A stretch of 63,778 nt of DNA, the filler included, from Chrysochromulina tobinii (lineage: Eukaryota), in NCBI GenBank assembly GCA_001275005.1. It is 8 parts of 8 records of this genome, joined end to end, with 100 filler letters (N's around TTAATTAATTAA, not from the genome) between each part and the next. Parts side by side here need not be neighbours in the genome. Positions count along the whole stretch, not along the records: positions 56,796 to 60,332 come from JWZX01001215.1; positions 60,433 to 63,778 come from JWZX01001217.1; 6 more parts are not named here. One strand, given 5' to 3'. Within the stretch, counting starts at the first letter, position 1. Each line of letters begins with the position of its first letter. This document shows positions 57,916 through 63,778 of the stretch, in pieces. The position numbers were made by a program, and so were the translations under genes. The notes under the pieces are model-generated. The model did not search any database and had not been told where the DNA came from. It saw only the letters and a list, made by a program, of their open reading frames with translations.

Positions 57916-60332
57916 GTGCGCACCACTGCCTCCGTGGACTATGGCTCGGCAATACACGGCCTGCGCTTTCGCGTGGCTGTCAAGTCGCTCCTCTCGATCG
58001 ACATGGCCGCGCATTTGGATAAGAATTGGAAGCCGCAGCTGCTCCTGCTCTATACCTTGCAGGTGCTATCACCCTGCTCTTTACCTCTGACGCACATACC
58101 TCTGATGCTCGAAGCCGCTGCTCTATTCCCTGCAGGAGGTCGACCGGACTGCCGATCGGCCCACGACGGCGCCCACGACGGCGCCCGAGGACGTCTCTCT
58201 CGCCGAAGATTCGGCCAAGTCGCCTAATATGGCAATGAGCCGAGTCGCCGAGTCGACTAATATGGCAAAGGCGCGCGCGCCCTCGAGTGCGCTCCAGGCC
58301 GGCGGCGTGGGTGCTAGCTTGGGCCATGGCGCCCAACACGGCGCCCGCGTCGGCGCCATGTTGGGCTCAGAGGATCCACGAGTAGCACAGCTGCGGAGCT
58401 TGCAGGCACAGGAGGCTGCGATTGCCGGCGCCGCGGCCGCCGCCCCGGACGGTGAGATCGGTGAGATCTGCGACGACGCCATCCTCGGGGTCGGGCACAC
58501 GCACACGATGATGTTCTCCGTGGCGCATCAACTTCGTCACGGCACGGGACTGATCGTCGCGGCGGCCATTGTGCCACTGCGCAAGGGGGAGGTACCTTGA
58601 TTGCCACTGATTGCCACTGATTGCCACTGATTGCCACTGATTGCCACTGATTGCCACTGATTGCCACTGATTGCCATTGTGCCACTGCGCAAGGGGGAGG
58701 TAAGCACCCCAGGGTGCCTTGGATTGCCCCCAAGTGCCTCGATCAGCTCTGATTGCCTCCCTCATCAGCAGGGTGCCTTGGATTGCCCCCAAGTGCCTCG
58801 ATCAGCTCTGATTGCCTCCTTCATCAGGCGATCCACGATATCGCGCCTGTGCTCGCGGCGGAGGAGGAGGAGCGCGTGATGGCGAGCCTCATGAAGCATA
58901 TTGGGTTGCAAGGCTTTCCAATGGCGATCCTCTCGCATAACACAAGCGATGGCAAGGCCTATGCCATACAGTGAGCGGAGCTTGGCTCCCTAATTAGGCT
59001 CCCCTGGCATCCTAATTAGGCTCCCCTGGCATCCTAATTAGGCTCCCTCACCAGTCGGCTTGCGCCTGCCACTGATGGCCCTTAATCGCCTCCGACTGCC
59101 ACCCATTGCATGCATGCAGGTGCGCGGGGCTTGGCTCCCTGAAGCCAAATACAATCCTAATGGGCTGGCCGTGGTATTGGAAGAACAATCCGTCCAAGCA
59201 CGTGCCCGAGTTCCTCTCCACCATTCACCAGGTGAGAGCCACACTGATTCGCATCTCGGATTGCGTCTCATTGCGTCTCAACATCTCATTGCATCTCGGA
59301 TTGTTTCGTCACCTGTCCCGATTTTCGTCACATCCCGAGTTTCGTCACCTGTCCCGATTTTCGTCACCTGCTCCGAGTTTCGTCACCTGCCCCTGAGTTC
59401 CCGCTCCACCAAGCGATGTGCTCCGCCAGAAGGCGATGCTCTGATTGCCTCGGATGAGCTCTGATTGCCTCCCTCATCAGGCGACGCTCCGCCAGAAGGC
59501 GATGCTCTGATTGCCTCGGATGAGCTCTGATTGCCTCCCTCATCAGGCGACGCTCCGCCAGAAGGCGATGCTCGTGTGCCACAACGTCAAAGACTTCCCC
59601 ACGAACCACGAGCCGCAGGCGAGTGTCGTTCATTGCGTATTTGATTGCCTCTTCTGATTGCCTCGGCTTGCGTTTCTGACTTCCCGACGAACCACGAGCC
59701 GCAGGCGGGCTACATCGACGTGTGGTGGATTAAGCACGACGGTGGGCTTCTCCTCCTCATCACCCACATGCTCAAGAAGCACAAGGTGTGGCGCCACTGC
59801 CACGTGCGCCTCCACTTGATCACCGAGACGGGTGTGAACGTGAACCACCTCAAGAAGCGGATGCACATGCTGCTTCAACGCATCAACATCTCCGCCTCGG
59901 TGGAGGACGTCATCCAAGTCGATACTGCCTCGCTGCTCCCGTACATGCAAATCTCGCGCGAGCGAGAGCGGAACGAGGTGACCGGTGCTTGATGGTGCTT
60001 GATGGCGTCTGATGGCCGTCTGATTGCAAATCTCGCGCGAGCGAGAACGGAACGAGGTGACCGGTGCTTGATGGCGTCTGATGGCGTCTGATGGCCGTCT
60101 GATGCTGTCTGATGCCGTCTGATGGCGTCCCTCATCATGTGGCGGCCGAGGAGAAGCTCTGATTGCGTCTGAGTGCACATGATTGCGTCCCTCATCAGGT
60201 GGCGGCCGAGGAGAAGCTCTGATTGCGTCTGAGTGCACATGAGTGCGTCCCTCATCAGGTGGCGGCCGAGGAGAAGCTCTGATTGCGTCTGAGTGCACAT
60301 GATTGCGTCCCTCATCAGGTGGCGGCCGAGGA
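57916..60332 (+). CDS. SLC12 cation-chloride cotransporter, cytosolic C-terminal half; exons 57916-58062, 58136-58591, 58828-58970, 59120-59231, 59547-59618, 59705-59977, then gap
   Basis: KNWKPQLL, QCAGLGSLKPNTILMGWP, GYIDVWWIKHDGGLLLLI..LKKHKVWRHC are SLC12 hallmarks; exon phases are consistent, with one GC-AG intron (59619-59704). Confidence 0.9.
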
Positions 60333-60432
60333 NNNNNNNNNNNNNNNNNNNNNNNNNNNNNNNNNNNNNNNNNNNNTTAATTAATTAANNNNNNNNNNNN
60401 NNNNNNNNNNNNNNNNNNNNNNNNNNNNNNNN
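60333..60432. other. Artificial contig spacer
   Basis: N44-TTAATTAATTAA-N44. Confidence 0.98.
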
Positions 60433-62891
60433 CCTCCTAGGCCACCGCCATCGCCACTGCCACCCTCACGTCCACCGCTGTGCCCCCCCCCCGCTGCTCT
60501 CGCCTCCTCCACCACCTCTTAATCCTCCTTCACCACCATCCCTGCCACCGCCACCCTCGCCACCGCCTTCACCGCCCTCACCGCTGCCCTCATCGCCACC
60601 ACCATCAGCACCACCGCCGTCACCGCCGCCGCCCTCGCCACCGCCACCCTCCCCGCCCCCTCCCTCGCCATCTCCACCTCCACTCACCGACACCACCGCT
60701 CTCACCTCCATCTCCTTCACCACCTCCTCCTTCACCACCATCCCTGCCACCGCCACCCTCGCCAACGCCTTCACCGCCAGCACCGCCCTCACCGCCGCCA
60801 CCGCCTTCAAAGCCACCGCCGTCGCTGCCACCGCCCTCATCGCCCCCCTCGCCGCCGCCGCCGCGGCCGCCCTCACCGTCGCCGCGCCCACCGCTTCAGC
60901 CGGGCTGGAGGCTGGTCGAAACAGTTGGTGGTGTTGTCACGCTCCTAGCGGGCGGATCTCGTCGCCTTTCGATCGGCAATGCGACGGGTAGTGCGGCGGG
61001 TGCCAACGGCCTTGGGCTCACTCCGAGCGAGATCCAATCTCAGATGCTCGCCCTCCTCACGATCGACCTCCAGAACCAAACCGTCACCTTACTGGACATC
61101 GTGGTGACGCCGCAGGGCGGGTTTGAGCTGAACATCATCGGCCCGTGCCCTCCGATCCTCGGCGTGCTCCATTCGGTTTTCATTCCAACGATCATCCCGC
61201 GCATGATCGGCCTCAGCCCGGGGACTCACCTACAGATGACAAGCCCCTTCGAATGTATAATACGAATGGGTTTGATCACCACACCTCCTAGCCCGCCATT
61301 CTTGCCACCATCGCCGGGCAGCCGTGACATCAGCGTTGTCGTTGGTGACATGGGAGCTGTGAGTGGAGCTGCTGTTGGTGACATGGGAGCTGTGAGTGGA
61401 GCTGCTGCCGTTGGAACCTTAGTGATGCTGCTGCTCCTCTTGCTGATCTTCCAACGGTGGCGGCGCCACAGGAAGGCGATGCTCAAGGAGCCGCATCTAG
61501 AACAGGGGTTGCGTGCTCACCATACGGAGTTGATGGCGCTCAATGGAAATCGTGCAAGCGAAACTCGTGCTTGCGATGCCGCCACAACAACAGCACGAGC
61601 TCAAGCCTTCGTGCACGCATGCGCTGTCACCAAACTACCAATGGAAATCGTGCAAGCGAAACTCGTGCTCGCGATGCCGCCACAACAACAGCACGAGCTC
61701 AAGCCTTCGTGCACGCATGCACTGCCACGCCGGCCTCGCAACCCGGCGACAGACAGAGGAGTCGACGTGGCCGCCATGGCTGAGTTGCCTTTTATGGGCG
61801 TTCCTGTCTCCGTTGGGACTCAGAAACGGAGACAGGAGCGCTCCGTTTCCGTTGAGACTCAGACGACCTTCTGTGGGCGAGAGCGCTCCGTTTCCGTTGG
61901 GACTCAGACCATCTGTGAGCAAGAGTGCTCCGTGCTTAGCGAGGTCTTCGAAGACACAGAAAACCCCGAACAAGATACAGCATCAGCCGGCGGCGATCTT
62001 GGACGTGGCGAACCTCGTGCGAGTGACGCCCACGTCGAGCGTGCCTTCGCTCGAGGCAGCGCTCCAGGCAGTGCTTCCAGCAGCGCACAAGGCAGCGCCC
62101 ATTGCAGCAGCAGCAGCACTCGTGACGGCGGGTCCGGGACGCGCAAGGTGACGGGCGAGGCGACGGTGGCAGCGCCAGCATCGGGGTGGGAGGCCGGCCA
62201 GGAGCTGCCTCGGGCTCAGTACGACCTACGGCCCAAGACTGCAGACCATCTGAATGTCTTGCCCCACTCCTCCTACACAGACATGCCTCGTGGTCGTCGC
62301 AATCCCCAACTCCATCACGAAGATATGACCTTGGACGATTTCGGCGCGGGCGTGGTCGAGCGTGCCTCCGCTCCGATGAATGTCGGCCGGGTACTGGACG
62401 GCCTTCTGGCCCCCTCCTACACAGACTTCGGCGCGGGCGTGGTCGAGCGTGCCTCCGCTCCGATGAATGTCGGCCGGGTATTGGACGGCCTTACGGTCCC
62501 CTCCTACAAAGACCTCGGCGCGGGCGTGGTCGAGCGTGCCTCCGCTCTGATGAATGTCGGCCGGGTATTGGATGGCCTTCTGGCCCCCTCCGGGGCCTCA
62601 TGCCAAGCCTCAAGATCTGGCTGTGCACCACAAGCCTCACCACACGCCAGAGCGGGTCGAAGAGCGGGCACGCCGCCATCAAACTTCGAGAGTCGCCAGC
62701 AGTCGACAGCAGGCGGCAGCAGGCGGTCCGAAAACGCGAACCTATTCGAGACTACATTCGAGACATGCGAGACGCATCGAAACGATTCACATGTATTCCA
62801 TACAGTGCCAGATTACGAAAATGTCGAGATCAAGGAGAGGCTCTCTCGTCCGGCGCGCTCGCAAACGCGAAACGCATGGTTTGCGGATTAA
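60433..62891 (+). CDS. Pro-rich single-pass membrane protein with repetitive cytoplasmic tail; 5'-truncated
   Basis: SPPPP-type repeats, TM VGTLVMLLLLLLIF followed by RWRRHRK, three DFGAGVVERASAPMNVGRVLDGL-type repeats. Confidence 0.65.
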
Positions 62892-63778
62892 GCTTGGCTA
62901 AAAACGGGTTCACACGAGCCGTGGACCGGACGCACGCGCGAGCTATGTTGTGGGTGTTGAGCCACCGGCGATGTGAAGCTCCATGGGCATTTACGGTCGC
63001 AGTTTAGGGGCAGTTATGGGCGCTTTGAGGAGGGACACAGCCACCTAACAGCCACCGCGCTCTCGCACGTCTGCGTGCACTCGGGTACACCCAGATCAGT
63101 ATCAAGGAGGTGCTCTTGGACCACCTCCGCAGAAAGGCCCTGGTACTCGCGAGCTGAGCTGGTTGTCTTCATAAGGACCCCCAAAACCCGTGCAATCACG
63201 GGTCTGTGGGGATTTGCTCTCCAGCAATATGAGGGGAACTCTGCCGCGTGACGCCCAGAGTTACATGTACGCTACGCGGCTGTGAACTCAGCGTGAAGGT
63301 GTCAATCACATGGTACCTGACGGAGAGCCCTGAGTATGGGATCTCTCCGCCGTTTGGGGGGGGTGGAGCGCCCCGGGGGAACAAGCCTCATAGGTACCCT
63401 GTGGGGAAACGGAATGAGCTTGTACAATGTATGCTGCTCTCGCGTGACTGGGCCCGTCCTTTTTACGATTTCCTTACTGCGACCCGTCGCAGCGATTGAT
63501 GCGCGCAGCTTTACTGACATGAGAGAGATGTGTTGTTCTTGGGATGTCGCGTTCACCAGGCTGTCTATGCGTAGATTGATGAATCGCAATTACCAAACAT
63601 AAACATGTAATAACGGGGCGTAATAACTGTGTGCGTCCTCCTGCAATCCCTTTCCATAAGCAGTTCCTAGCACCTGGTGTGCGACAGGCGGCCACTCCTG
63701 GCGCTGCACACGCGCAAAGCCCGATCGCTCTTCCCATTGCCTATCCGCTCCGCTGGCGCGCATAATTATCGCGCGCAT

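Noticed and set aside
9558..60432. Seven identical TTAATTAATTAA motifs inside N runs
   Set aside because: Artificial contig linkers; they also mean gene neighbourhoods across gaps cannot be interpreted.
62950..63778. Short ORFs in lower-GC terminal sequence as a retroelement or gene
   Set aside because: No reverse transcriptase, integrase or other recognisable motif.

Overview
High-GC eukaryotic genomic DNA, most consistent with a haptophyte alga (inferred from GC-rich intron-poor genes, a GC-AG intron, and many Pro-rich, EF-hand and kinesin genes). The window is eight contigs joined by artificial 100-nt spacers (N44-TTAATTAATTAA-N44), so adjacency across gaps is not established. Host genes include two kinesins, two EF-hand proteins, an RlmD/TrmA-type RNA m5U methyltransferase, a dual-specificity phosphatase, a receptor-like TKL kinase, a GH127-like glycosidase, an ankyrin-JmjC protein, an RCC1-repeat protein and the 3' half of an SLC12 cotransporter. 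Four things stand out: (1) a lower-GC, intronless locus with a CMC/EnSpm-like DDE transposase, a divergent 697-aa partner ORF, a JmjC-domain cargo gene and a small structured repeat array; (2) introns that repeatedly duplicate their own exon junctions and are filled with sense-oriented arrays of branch-point-like motifs; (3) a 3.6-kb segment bounded by hAT-like inverted termini enclosing a non-transposase ORF; (4) an intragenic ~590-bp inverted duplication that could produce hairpin RNA. All calls come from reading motifs by eye; no database searches were run.
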